Positions 37,007-49,768 of a DNA stretch of 64,000 bases are shown in pieces. Source of the DNA: Lepidodermella squamata (taxonomy: Eukaryota; Animalia; Gastrotricha); contig JBLDXI010000032.1 of the NCBI GenBank assembly GCA_047495785.1, positions 868,001 through 932,000 on the forward strand, given 5' to 3'. Both the position numbers and the translations under genes were made by a program. The notes under the pieces were generated by a model. That model saw only the letters and a program-made list of their open reading frames with translations, did no database searches and had not been told where the DNA came from. How positions within the stretch are numbered: position 1 is the stretch's first letter; every line of letters starts with the position of its first letter.

Positions 37007-39982
37007 TGGCATAAAAGGGCGTTTCTCCGATTTTAGTCATGTTTGGATAATAAACCATAAAAACAACGAAATAAGCGAATGACAAAGCCCCAACTAGAGC
37101 GATTAGGTGTTCTACTTGTTTTGATCAAAACCAAAACAAAAATAAAGCACAGTCTTCCCCTTTCAAAACAAATAAAACCAAAACATGATTGAATCAAAGC
37201 AAATATTTTCAAAGCTTTTTTTGCCCTTCAAACTGTCAAAACTCAAAACAAATCAAACCAAATCCCTATCACTGATAGCCAAGCGACGGAGTTACACTTC
37301 ACGAATTTATATCGCGGAGATGTTACCGCACGCGTATCAGGCCTACGCCATGGAAAAGCAGCTGTCCGTTATTCAAATTCGCAGGATTCCACGTGCGAGA
37401 TAGAAAAACGTAACATTACATGAAAGTCACGTTTAACTGAAACGTAGCCGGTTTTGAAGCGTATCAAGTCATTAGAAAAGTGCTGTCAGTGGTCGTCAGG
37501 TGACTAGCTTCAGTCGAAATTTATTGTATTTTACGTATAGGAAAAGGCCACCGAGGGCCCGTGATTGACCTAAGCCACCGATTGCTAATCAAAATTCACC
37601 CGCATAGCTGAAATTGGCAGCTTCGCCAAGTTGGCACAGATTCCAAGTTCCAAGCTCCCAACAAAATTCAAAAAGCAATTTCGGATCGCGTTTGGTGGAT
37701 TATGAGCTTTTCTATGGCTTCCGCATTGAACTTATGGCTTTATGGACCTAAAATTCCCTGTAAGGAAAATTACCCGATTAAGCGTTTCCACCAGGATGGT
37801 GCCATTCAACCCCAAAACTTGAAAAATGCTATTTTAAAAAAATGTGAAGTTTTTGCAAAAATGGCATGCAGCATTTTCACCACCAGTTTTTCTGCTCGGA
37901 TCCGATTCTAACGAGAATTTCATTGAAGTTTACCGCTCACAAGATCTATCGGATGGTGAAAGCCGCTTCAAAATATTCCTCCTGGTTAAGGAGATAATAC
38001 AATATTGCGAGGCAAAAAAAATATTGTTTGTACTTAACTTGAAGTCGGAAATCCGTAATTTTACTCCCTTTTTGCTGCACTTATTTCGCCAAAAAATGGA
38101 ATCCGTTATACGTTATACGGTCTCTCGCTCTTCTGCCTTTCGATATCATGTGCGGCGCCGTTGTTATAGAACCCAGATTCGACCTCAAAGTCATATCAAG
38201 TGGTTTTTAGCTGAATATCGCGTGGCTAGCTTCGAATACATCATTCGTTCAAACCACTTAAAATTGTCAAAAGGGTTCAATTTTTTAATCGAGGAAAATT
38301 CTCGAATTGAAATCTGTAGCTGATCGAACTGATTGAGTAATGATTATGCTTGTCATTTCCGAATATTGATTATATTCGATTCATTTTATGACAATATTTC
38401 TTTGAACTGGATACACGACAAGAGATAACGGAGTAACTGTTGGAGTGATTTTTATTCTTCTAACACAACAATAATATACCAACTCTCCTCCTGTTACCGG
38501 ATCCAAGTTTGCGGTTAGCTGAGCCAAATTAGCTGTTGCGGAACTAAAGTTTGGAATTTTTATTTGGCCTGAACCCACTTCGCGGAACTTCCAAGAGTTA
38601 TGATTATTGACCATAATAATTCTGAAATATATTCTCATCATCAAATTAAGCGCAAAAATCTGTGTAAGACGAAGTTTTCACTTCAGAAATCAAATTCGTA
38701 GAAATATTTGAAAAGTGACATTTAGGCACATCAACATGCAAATTTGGTTCTGCTACAGCAAATTTGGCTCCATTTGGATAAATTAATTTCTATTCATAGG
38801 TAAAGTTTAAGTGTACTAAACTCGCACTGCACATTGCACTTAGTCCTGAATTGGTGAAGCTCTTATTATTCCTAGAAATATTTTGCGATCCATTCATTTC
38901 CAACTGAACCGAAAATTGCAATAATCAGGGTTGATTAGTCACCCTATTACTTAATGGTAGTTTTCGCTTTCAGATCAAAGTCCATCGATTTTTTTACAAT
39001 TTTTGGTATTTTTCATCAAAAAAGTCTTGATAGAAACCAGTGAAAGCAAAACAACTATTTTTAAGTTATTGCTTCATCGAGGAAATCATTTCGATTGAGC
39101 CTATCCTAATTTGCCGCCGAACAGTTGCCGCCAGTTCCTAGTTCATTGGACAAGTTATTTTCGCGGGGTTCAAACTTGACCCGGCGAGTGGCTCATGGTG
39201 TTCCGATTTCCGATTAAACCTAGAAACGCGCCTATTACTGCGCCGATATCTTGTTGTTTGTTTCTTTACCAGACTGAGCTTGTGCCTCCAGACTGGGGTT
39301 TATAAAGCGCGCGCCTCTTTTCCGCAGACAGCGTTACGCAACGCATCGTTTAAAAGAGCTGAACATTACAAAGAGAAGTACCTCACAAACGCAAAAACCA
39401 TCGTGACAGAGGAAATATTTTAGAATTATATAGGTATATGTAGAATCGAAAGACATGAGCAATTCAAATTCTACCATAGTGATCGGTATATTTTATCGAT
39501 AGTTCATAACATAACTGCTGGGACGCTTGTATTATTGTGGGAATTTTTAATTGATATTTTTTAATACAATTAAAAAATTTAAATTGTTTGATATATTTGT
39601 TTAAATTTTTTTCCAATTTTTTTTCATTAATTTTTTTATTAAGATAACGCACTCGATCCTAATATCCAGTGTATCCTGAAGTAAATTCAATGTCCATTCA
39701 GCACATCTTGAAACCACACGAGATATAAAACATTTCATTGAAAAAACAGGCACGAGCAACGCAGCGGCGCTGAACTGAAAAGCGCGCCTATAAAATTGAA
39801 ACGCGTGTAGATGAGAGCTAACCCTATTGTTATCGCGAGCAGCGCGCCAGTTGGTCAATTTGATTTTCCGCGAAATTTTTCAATGAACTTGTGCAAGAAC
39901 TAACTCGTGATCATAGCTCAGTGTTTTAAATTTTAGCCCTTTTCTATCGTTGAATTTTACACATTTTAACTACATAGGTCTA

Positions 39983-42900
39983 ATGTATATGCAGTTCCTC
40001 TGCCTATTGTTGACCCTGGCAGGGTCATGCTGGGCGGCCGAGGACCGCCTCGACGCTGCTCACGTTGTTTTTATCATCGACCCGGTCGACCTATCGCCGT
40101 CTGACCAGACCAATGTCCTAGCTTTCACACGGGAAGCCGCGCGATCGGCGACTAAAAAAGGCGCCAATGTCGGACTTATTGTCGCCGATGATACTTATTT
40201 CACGGATGAGAGCGATTTCCGCAGCATGACCGGATCTAGGCGCATGGACCGTGTCAATCTGTACCAAGTCCAAGCGGAGCGGACTCTGAAAAATTTCAGA
40301 ATGCCAGCAGACCAGCTTTCAGTCTTACCCGACTCGCTTCGCATGCTCGTAATTTGTGAACAATTTATTTTTTTCAAATTTTACTAAAATTTTAATTTCA
40401 ATTTCAAATGTTTAGAATTTCAAATTTTTCAATTCTCGAATTGAAATGATATGAAAATCATTTTCAGCAATTAGGAATTTATTAATTTGATTTCAAAAAT
40501 TTCGATTTTTGGGGCTGTTCACAAACTATTCGCAATAATATATGAAAAGTACTACACTAATAATAATGCAGTACATTTATTATTATTAGTGTAGTACTTT
40601 TCATATATTATTGCGAATAGTTTGTGAATAGACCCTTTTGAAATTTTTAATTATTTGAAATTAATTCAAATTTTTTTAATTTCCTCAATTTTTTACTTCA
40701 ATTTTTTTTACTGTGATTCAGGGCCGCAGGGTGTCTTTTATGAAAAATAACCCTAATGTCATCGTGATCCTGATCACCGGCGCCCAGCGGCTCGATTTCA
40801 TCGCCCTTGGCAACGCTTACCTCGACATTCAATCTGAAACCACCATCCGATATGGCGCCGTTGTTATCGGAAGCAAACTCAGCGTCGACGATTTCGCCTC
40901 CCTCACCGAGTCGCCGTGTCTGGCGATGCAAGTCGCCTCGAGCGATCAGCTGGTCGCCGAGATGAAGCACCAAGCTCGCGTTGCAGTTTTGGTTCGCCGA
41001 CTGACCCGCGCTGTCGATGATCTCGACAACACCGAACGACTTTGCGCGTCGATTGAGGGCGAAACTCAGCAAGAAGTGGAACGCATGACATCTGTCCAAA
41101 ACGAGGACAATCTGGAGGAAATGCAGGAAGAGAAGAATAACGATCAAGTTGAGGAGGAAAAGAAGGAACAAATCGAAGATGAGACCACAACTCCTCAGCC
41201 TGATTCTGAAACCGTTAACACCCGTACTCAATTTGAAGAGGAAACCATGCGGCAAATCGAAAAAACCGAAGGTATGGGTTAAAATGTTCAAAAAGGCTCA
41301 AAATTAAACTTGAAATTTCAAGAATGTTGCAGACAATTTTCAATAATTTTTCGAATTTTCGAATTTTTTTAATTATTCAGATTTTGAAGCGATCAACAAT
41401 TTTCAAAATTTAAATTTTTAAATTTTACTTAAACAATTTTTTTTTAATTTTAATTTACTGTAATATTTTAAATGAAATTTTCTTTTGAATTGAGGTCAGG
41501 GAACCCAGTCTAAGGATCCGTTGGTGTGCTTCCGCTGCGACGGCTGTGGCGAATCGAGCCCTGACCCGCGTTCGGTCATTAACTGTGCCGAATCAACGTC
41601 ATGCTTCACCGCCCGTGTCGGCTTTGGCGCCGATGCTGTGTATGTCCGCGGCTGCGAGGCGAAGTGTTCTGACGTTGACACCCCGGTGCTGAAGCGCATT
41701 TGCTGTAACGAAGGCCGCTGCAACGGTGCCGCTCCGCCCAGCTTCACCGGCAAGGCGCCGAAGAAGTCCGAGATCAAGGATCCTATCCGGGCGCAGAAGG
41801 TCAAAGAAGACAAGAAGATGATCAGGGGTTTGTTTATTTCAAAATTTGGTAATATGAAATATGAAGCATGGGTGACCATGGGTGACCATGGGGGATCATG
41901 GGTGACCATGGGGGATCATGGGTGATTTTGGGTGACTTTGAGTTACCTTTGATGATTTGTGCAATCACTTTAATTTCGAAGGATTCGGGTGACTTTGGGG
42001 GATTCTTAGGCGATTCATAGGGTAACCTTGGGTGATCTTGGGTAACTTAGGGTGATTTGGGTGCTGGGTGTATCGGGAGTATCTTGGACTATTGGGATTT
42101 TTCGGGAGATAATGGGCGACCCTGGGTTATCTGGGTGATCAAAGGTGATCAAGGGTGATCGTTGATCGTGTTTGAGAGGTGACTACTTGTAATTGGGCCA
42201 TATTCTCTTGAACCTCAAGGATTCTCTCAAGGGTGATAATGGGTGACCTCTCACAGCTGAGCGTTGACTTAACGACCTTTTATGTTGGAAGATACAGGTA
42301 TCAATGAGATTGTTTTTGCAGAAAACAAGATCAACTGGCCGCGAGAGATCACCTCGACCTCTACCCAGCCAACTACTACAACCACGCAAGCCGTGACGGC
42401 CCCGAGCAACCCGATGAATGTCCTAGTCTGCTACCGATGCGACGGCTGCTCCGAGGAGGCACCCAGCTCGCACCAGGCTACTCGCTGCGGCGACGCTGAG
42501 AAATACTCGTGCTTCACGTCTCGTGTGGTCGAGGGCGACAAGGTCACTTTCGTTCGTGGTTGCGAGGTCAAGGACAAGTGCTCCAATGTCGATTCGCCTT
42601 TGATGAAACGCACATGCTGCAATTCAAACATCTGCAACGGTGCATTCGGTACGGTTAACCTTTTTCTATAACATCAAGTTACTCGGCTGTTATACATTTG
42701 AGCTTTCTAGATGATTTTGGATGCTCAGGAAATAGGTCAGGTTTTAAGGATTTAGAGCTTCGCTAAGGGCTCAAATCGAATTTGTTTGCGATAACTATTT
42801 TTGAAGTTCGGACGTCCGGAAGTCCGGTTTCGGGCTTCACGCCATAGTTCCAGGTTAGCTCCTGAGTTCTGAAGGGTTTTCGGATCCATAATGTCGCGGA

Positions 42901-45900
42901 ATGCCCAGAAATTAGAATCTGGGTAAAGGTTCAAAGTTCCAAGTCTCAGGGAGTGGGGCTCAGGGATCGGGTTCAGGTCTCGGGGTTCGGAAATACAGAT
43001 AGTTAAAGGTTCAGGATTTTCGATGAAGGGTTTTGCCCGGGCTCCAACAAGGCTCAAGGTTCAGGACTGGTCCAAGTTCCAGTTATCCATTTTTTAGGGG
43101 TTTTCGAAGCTTGGAATTCCGGATTTGGGTTCGGATTTTAGGGATTCAGGGTTCAAGGTTAGGGATTCCAGCTTTCAGGGTTTGGGTATAGGGTTCCGGG
43201 TTTCCAGCTTCCTTGTGTCACGATTTTGGGGTCAAAGTTTCACGTTATAATTTCGGAGGCTCCAAATGTACTAATATTGAGTTTATTTTCCGTAACCAAG
43301 GTGACCAAAGTGCGGTTGTCAAACGCTCGACGACCACTCCAAGAGCCGAGCTGCAATCATACAGCGCCCTGACCTGCTACCGCTGCGACGGCTGCGGCGA
43401 ATCCGCCCCTGAAAGCCACCAGGTCCTAAAATGCGGCGACATCAACAAATACTCCTGCTACACGGCCTTTTTCGAAGGCACCTACGTCCGCGGCTGCGAG
43501 CTTAAGGGAAAATGCATTGAAGTCGACTCGCCCTTGCTGAAGCGCACCTGCTGCGACTCGACCATGTGCAACGGCGCCGTAAGCACCCTGCGCACGACGA
43601 AGAAGTCATCGAAAACCACAAAACCGACTACTCCAGCTGTTCCATCGACAGCAGGCCCGACCATCCCGCCGATCGATCTCGCCAAGAGGCTCGTCGGGGA
43701 CATTGTCGATGCCGAGGTTAACCGGCCGTTCGCCAACGTTGAGCTGTACGTTGTCATCGACTTCGCGAATCTCACCAGCCCGGCTGATATGGAGGTCGTC
43801 AACTTCGGCAAGAAGTTCGCCGTTGAAGCGGCGATTCTTGGCGCTGAAGCGGCGCTGTGCAACGGCAACCGCATTCGCCGCGTCTCGCCCTACCAGATCT
43901 ACGTTGCGTTTGAGAATGCGAAGAAGCGCCCGACTAATGATGAAATCGTTCGTCGATTCGATAGCGAACTTCACATGGAGCCGGTTAAGGTTCAGCAGAA
44001 GGTTCGCATTCATCAGTATGTTACGACTACCCAGGCTCCGAAGAGCACCTCGACATTGCCGGAAAGCTTCAGTGAATTGGTAAGCACTTCATTTACGACT
44101 CAGCTAGTGCAGTCAAAAAATCTAGAAAAAACTTTGAACTTCGAAAATAATTTCGTACGGAAAACTGCTTAATTGCGGGTTGATGAAATTTAAAAAATAA
44201 ATTGAAATTTTGAAATTAAATACGCTAAACTGAAAGATGGGTGATCTAGGGTGATTAGGTAAATTTCGTACCCTTAGATAACCTTGGGTCTCTTGGAATT
44301 CCGAGGATCATGGGTCATTTTGGGTCATTTTTTACCTTGAATCAGCATTATAAAAACTTGAAAAATTTGTTATTTTTATTAGAATAAATTGTTCAAAAAC
44401 ACTTCAATTTAAGGTTGGAGAAACTGATGGACAGAAATCTCACAAAACCCTAAAATTCAACCTTAATTTTTTTCAATTCTGAAATTCAAAAATTTTGATT
44501 TAAAAATTTAATTCGAAAAATAGGAACTAAGATTGTGAAGAAAAATTGGAACTAAAATTGGAGAGCTCAAAAAATCTCTATTGTACCTAACTCCATTTCA
44601 GTTTTCGAATTTTTTCCGTAATGTCCCAAACGAAGGAATTCAAGGATATATTTTCGACGGGTTTTGATGCTTTGATCTGAAAATCCACCTTAATATTGAA
44701 ATTGTTAATCAAACGCTGAGTAGCCTAACGGTTGAAATGTGGATTTTCCGGAAATTTGTAAGGCGAGTTTGGTGGAACTTCAAATTTCAAAAGGGAAACT
44801 TTCAAAAAGCTCTGAAAAGATTCTGTACAACCAGTTCATCCAAAAAATTTCGAGCAATTATTGGAGAATGAATGAAAACTTCAAGCACTCTCTCCACTAA
44901 TTGTTTGCATTATTTTGAGTTTTGAAATGAATTTCAACTTTTTAGATTTGAAATTTTTGAATTTTTGCAATTTGAATTTCGAAATGGATTTCTTGAAGTT
45001 TGAAGTTTGAATATTCTGAATGCTGATTTTTATATCTTTTATCAGGCCGACAAGCTGATTCTCACGCAAGACCCTGCCTCTCACCGCGATTTGTTCATCG
45101 TTTTCCTCACCGCAGCTGAAATGACGCAAACCGGCGCGATGAGCATGTGGGATAGCCACGAAAAGATCTCCGAACTGAAGCCTCACTACCTAACGCTGAT
45201 GCTCGGCAAGAAGACGGACGCCGAGTCGTTCATCGAACTGAACGAGAACAGCGAAAACCCGCGCTGCATGGTCATGCGCTTCGAATCTATGCCGAAGCTG
45301 TCGGCGGCTGAGGTTGAACTGTCCCGCCTGCTGGTTGAAAGCGTCGACTACGTCCGCGCCCACGAAACCCTATCGACCTTCCGCTGCGGCCACGAACCCG
45401 CTGCTCCAGTCACCCGAGCCAGGGCGACTACGACGACGACCACCCCAGAGCCTGAGGAGGAGCCGGAACCAGTCGAGCAAGATGAGGAGGGTACCAAGGT
45501 CGGCCCTGTTCACGTGATGACCAAGCCGGAAGACCCGACCCAGGTGCTGATTGTCGAGCCTGAGGCCGAACCTCAAGCTAAGCCGGAGCCGGAGCCTGAG
45601 GTTGAACTTCATACCAAGAAGACGGTGGTTGAAATTGAAGTTGTCGATAAGAATGGCGAGGCGATTGAGAAGATCGTTGTTGTTCCTCGCACGAAGCCTG
45701 ACCAGGAGGAGGGTGAGAAACCGGAGGATCTTGAAGATGCTCGCCGTGTTGTTGTCGTGGTCGAGGAAGAGCCGATGGCTAAGAAGGGCCATGGCCACAA
45801 GGAAGAGGTCGAAAAGATCATGGAAGGCCTCGAAGAGCCTCAAGCAAAGGGTTAGACAATTTAAATTTCAAATAATAATTTCAAATTTGAAAATTCGAAA

Positions 45901-47483
45901 ACTTTGAATTTGAATTTTAATACATTTTATTTTATGAAGTTTTTAAAATTTTAAAAAATCTTTAAAATTTCCAGAATTCTCAAAAATGCCACATTTTTTC
46001 CATTATTTTATTTGCTAATTTTTTCGTAATTTCTTTCGTAGATTCGCATAAACCTGAGACCGTGGTCATTATCGAGCCCGAAATGGAGGAGGGTCACGCC
46101 GGCGATATGGCCCATCCCAAGAAGCATGCTAAGAAGCACGTCAATCACGACGAGTACGACGTGGCGGAAACTCATGATGAGCACGTCAAGCGTGAAAAGG
46201 CCGAAAAGCTGCACAAGCAGCAGATTGCTCACGATGAGTACGACGACCAGCATGGCGGCAAGAAGGAACAGGTTGAACAGGTTGAGAAGAAGGAGGAGAA
46301 GCCTGCTGAGGAGGAAGAAGAGCCGGTTGCCAACAAGCCGACTACCGAAACTCCGAAGAGTAAGCTAAATTTGAACTATAGTTTCGAAGTACCGAAAAAT
46401 TGGAAACTAGTCAACATCGAATTGTGGTTTTTAATATCCGAAAAGTTTAGTTTTTCAAATTTGTTCGAAGTTTTTTTTGAGAAAATATTTCATTTTTCTT
46501 ACTTCGAAACCATCCTTTCCATTTGTGCCCGAAATTTTAGGAGATAATCATTTCGAGTTCTTCCCCTATCAACATGAACTTCGATAGAGAAAAATTCGAT
46601 TATTATGAATTCTAAAACCCCATATTTCTATCATTCACCGTTAAGGAGAAAATCTAATTTCAAGTGGGTCACGTGACCATGCGTAATGTCACACCTGAGT
46701 GATTATCTCGAGAACATTGATAGATAAGAAGCCGCTCTCAAAGAAAAAGTTAATCACCGTAATGAGATCTACCTATTAATGCCTTCAATATGGTCCAAAA
46801 ATTGACGCTTCGGTGGATTTTGTTAACAATCCCACTGGTCACCCTATAGGATAAAAAAATCGATTTTCGGAAATCAAAATCAATAACGCGATAAAAGCAT
46901 TTCCATTTTTTCAATTCGGACTTTTCTAATTATTTAAGGTGGCTTGTCTAATTTGGCCGCCGGTTTCGGATCTATATTCAATATCTTTTCCTCGGATCCA
47001 ACTGTAGAGCCGGCGAAGAAGCATGACAAGCACGACCACAAGCACGACCACGATCACGCTGAAGCCGCGAAACCCGACGATGCCACCACCACCACCACCA
47101 AGTCATCAACCGAAGGCCGCCTGTTGTGCTACAAATGCGACCACTGTTCGGCTGACCAGCCATCGTCCGACTCGATTGTCGAGTGCGGCAGCGGCAACCT
47201 GACGTCGCCGAACCGTGGCGTCTGCTTCATCCAACGCATGGGTGACAAGTACTCGCGCGGCTGCATCGAAGGCTACGAGTGCCTCGAGACAACTACGCCC
47301 GAGCTGACCAACTTCTGCTGCAACTCGCATAGCCTGTGCAACGACGTGCTGCCGCGGTCGATCGCCGCCAAGGTCGACGCGAAGAAGAAGTCCAAAACGG
47401 CGAAGTCTGCAAGCTCCGCCCCGGTTGCCAACGCTATGGTCGCTGTTGTCGTTATTTCTGGCCTTGTCGCCATGATTCTGTAA
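39983..47483 (+). CDS. Large secreted/GPI-type mosaic protein: SP-VWA-like-acidic-LU-LU-LU-VWA-like-E/K/H-rich-LU-hydrophobic tail; exons 39983-40348, 40722-41271, 41495-41827, 42322-42648, 43301-44079, 45046-45850, 46042-46359, 47008-47483
   Basis: Signal peptide MYMQFLCLLLTLAGSCWA; VWA-like strands HVVFIID/ANVGLIV/VIVILIT and ELYVVID/LFIVFLT; four C(Y/F)xCDxC...C(F/Y)...RGC...C...CCxxxxCN LU modules; phase-consistent splice sites; C-terminal AMVAVVVISGLVAMIL*. Confidence 0.82.
40512..40635. repeat. ~124-bp near-perfect palindrome (hairpin/MITE) in an intron
   Basis: TTCACAAACTATTCGCAATAATATATGAAAAGTACTACACTAATAATAA is mirrored by TTATTATTAGTGTAGTACTTTTCATATATTATTGCGAATAGTTTGTGAA. Confidence 0.92.
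41868..42250 (+). repeat. Degenerate G-rich ~10-bp minisatellite (GGGTGACCAT/GGGTGATCTT); related tracts at 42830-43210 and 44238-44335
   Basis: ATGGGTGACCATGGGTGACCATGGGGGATCATGG... decays into GGGTGA/GGGTTC variants. Confidence 0.7.
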
Positions 47484-47839
47484 TTTGACACTATAAGTTA
47501 TATAGCCAGCTTGAAATCAAATCGAAAAATCTCAACCTACTTATTCAAGCTCTGTCGAAAAATGAATATTTATTGATCAAATTTATCTGTCAACATTTCT
47601 GGTGAATATTATTATTGCCGTGTCAATCGTGTATTTTTGATGCGTTTAAAGCATACTATATTATTTATTTCGCATATTATTGCCGGATGTTTTCTGCAAT
47701 AAAATTGAGCTCATCTCGATGTTGTATTCATCTGCCGATAATTTTTTCCACACCGCAAAATAGTGAGAAATAAATTTCCTTTATAAAGGATCACGAGCTT
47801 ATGACCTACGTTGCCTACCTGCTATCATGAGACGAAATA

Positions 47840-48372
47840 TTTAGCCGAATAAAGCGCTGTCTATTGGCAGCTCGAAATGACGAGGTCGATTTGTTGAACG
47901 ATTGCTTCTTATAAAGGATACTTATGCCTCAGAAGGAATTAGCATACATACGTATACTTGAGCGCCGATTCCGTTGTTAATCCGAATCTGCGGCAATTCC
48001 ATCCTACCGAGTTGCTCAATACCTCTCCGTGTTGGTTCTGAAAGTGGGTACCCCATCGCATTCTGTTGAGAAATTCGGCCCTGCGTCAGATTTATGCAAT
48101 GGAACGAGATTATCTATGTTCAGCGATTGCGACACAACGTTATTGAAGGCAAGATTCATACTGGAAGCTTTGCTGGGAAAATTGCTCAGATCCCACAAAT
48201 TCCTCTCATCGCTGATCAGGATGGTAAACCTGTTGTCATTCGTCAAATGCCCGTCCGATTAGCCTTCAGCTGCTCAGTAAACAACTGCCAGGGTCAGGCT
48301 TTCCATTTTGGTCTGTTCCTCAAGCAGTGTGAGGCTTTTTCACACGATAAACGTTATGTCATTCGCGTGTGA
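47840..48372 (+). pseudogene. Helitron RepHel (PIF1-like helicase C-terminus) remnant
   Basis: Frameshifted RCLLAARNDEVDLLND, YLSADSV, HPTELLN, LKVGTP, LCNGTRL, NVIEGKIHTG, IPQIPL, RQMPVRLAFSCSVNNCQGQ, FSHDKRYV are colinear with the Helitron helicase consensus (RQFPVRLAFAMTINKSQGQ, FSHGQLYV). Confidence 0.9.
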
Positions 48373-49186
48373 CTGACCCTCGCAATTTATTTGGCATGGA
48401 TAGTTCATACCGTTCATTACAGTATACTATTAAATTTGAATATGATAAACAAAAATTATCAAAAATGATTAAACTGACACCTACACGCAATTTATCAGTA
48501 TATAAAACATGCGGCACCGCTTGAAAATCCTGATAAATTTGTAATTTCTGATAAAATATACGGCACCAAAGCTTCCCGCAGCAAAGTGTTATTTTTCTGC
48601 TTCCTTAATGATTTTAGCATGTACAACGTTGCTTCTGCGTTTCAGGAATTCAAGAATTCGCCATTTATCAAACCGGAAGTGGAAAAAAATCGGCCCGTAG
48701 GAATTCGCTTTATTTTTGGAAACACCTGAAATAACTGCGAGTATTAAGTATAAAAGATCAATATTTGAAGGGATAATTAAGCTCCAATAATTGGCAAGAT
48801 GATACAGTAATACCACTGGTCTCAAACGAGCAATAAGTAATCGCGTAGAAGTATAATCCATCAAATCAACATCGAATTAATTAAGGTAGATCGATCAGAA
48901 CTGAAAATCAGTTTTTTATAGTTGAAGAGAGAATTGAGTTTCGAAATGCGAACCAGGCTTGGACATCAAAACGTAACGCGTTGCCGCGCAAGGGAAAATA
49001 ACCAAGACCTTAGTTTAGAGGCAAATTTATAAACAAACAAATCGAATGAAATTTCAGCTATACAAAAACGACCGCAGTAGGTTAAAGTAGCGAGCGGCGG
49101 AAATCAGTGAAAAAACGGTAAAAAATCGGAAACATAATGTCTTCTCACACATTTTGAATATAGTCGCGAAATTTAGAAAAAACGTA

Positions 49187-49768
49187 GCATTATACTCCTG
49201 TTTTGCAGGTCAAAGGTCACACGTGCACACGTGATGAAAACGTGTGATCAAAACACTAAACTTTTAAGTTGTTGCTTGTTGTTAAGTTGGTGGGGGTTTC
49301 GTCATTTCGTCATTTCGTCAATTCGTCACTTTGAAAAACTTCCAAAAGACCGAAAAAACTTACAAAAAATAAAAAAAATGATATGAGCTGGAGTCGAACT
49401 ATCAACCTCTGGTTTCGAGTGCTAGTGCTGGAACCACTAAGCAAGCAAGTTGTCTTAAAATCGTGTGCATCGATCTTGTTGAAGTATGCTTTAACTGGGG
49501 CCTATATCAATTGATTCTAAGACGGGTCCCATGTGTCTCCTGTGTGGTTTAGTGGTTCAAGCTATAGCTCAGGAAACCAGAGGTTGATAGTTCGACTCCA
49601 GCTCACAACATTTTTTTTTATATTTTTTTTTCATGGTGACGAAATGACGAAATGACGAAACGACGAAACTACCACACTAGCAACAACCTAAAAGTTTAGT
49701 GTTTGGATCACACGTTTTGATCACGTGTGCACGTGTGACCTTTGACCCGCAAAACGGGAGTATAATGC
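49187..49768. mobile_element. 582-bp fold-back element with two divergent tRNA-like cassettes, flanked by a GTA direct repeat, inserted in the recombinase 3' end
   Basis: GCATTATACTCCTGTTTTGCAGGTCAAAGGTCACACGTGCACACGTGAT... (from 49187) mirrors ...ATCACGTGTGCACGTGTGACCTTTGACCCGCAAAACGGGAGTATAATGC (to 49768). Arms ~250 bp around a ~100-bp spacer. GTA at 49184-49186 and 49769-49771. Confidence 0.9.
49538..49619 (+). ncRNA. tRNA-derived Pol III-type cassette (A box, B box, T-run); inverted twin at ~49371-49445 on the minus strand
   Basis: A box TGGTTTAGTGG at 49545-49555 and B box GTTCGACTC at 49590-49598 (45-nt start-to-start spacing as in tRNA positions 8 and 53), then T9 at 49611-49619. Stems pair poorly, so this is not a functional tRNA. 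Confidence 0.6.

Noticed and set aside
37700-38900. 159-aa plus ORF and 87-aa minus ORF
   Set aside because: Composition resembles non-autonomous repeat DNA or chance ORFs; no domain recognised.
49538-49619. Functional tRNA gene
   Set aside because: A and B boxes are present but acceptor, anticodon and T stems do not pair properly; kept only as tRNA-derived.
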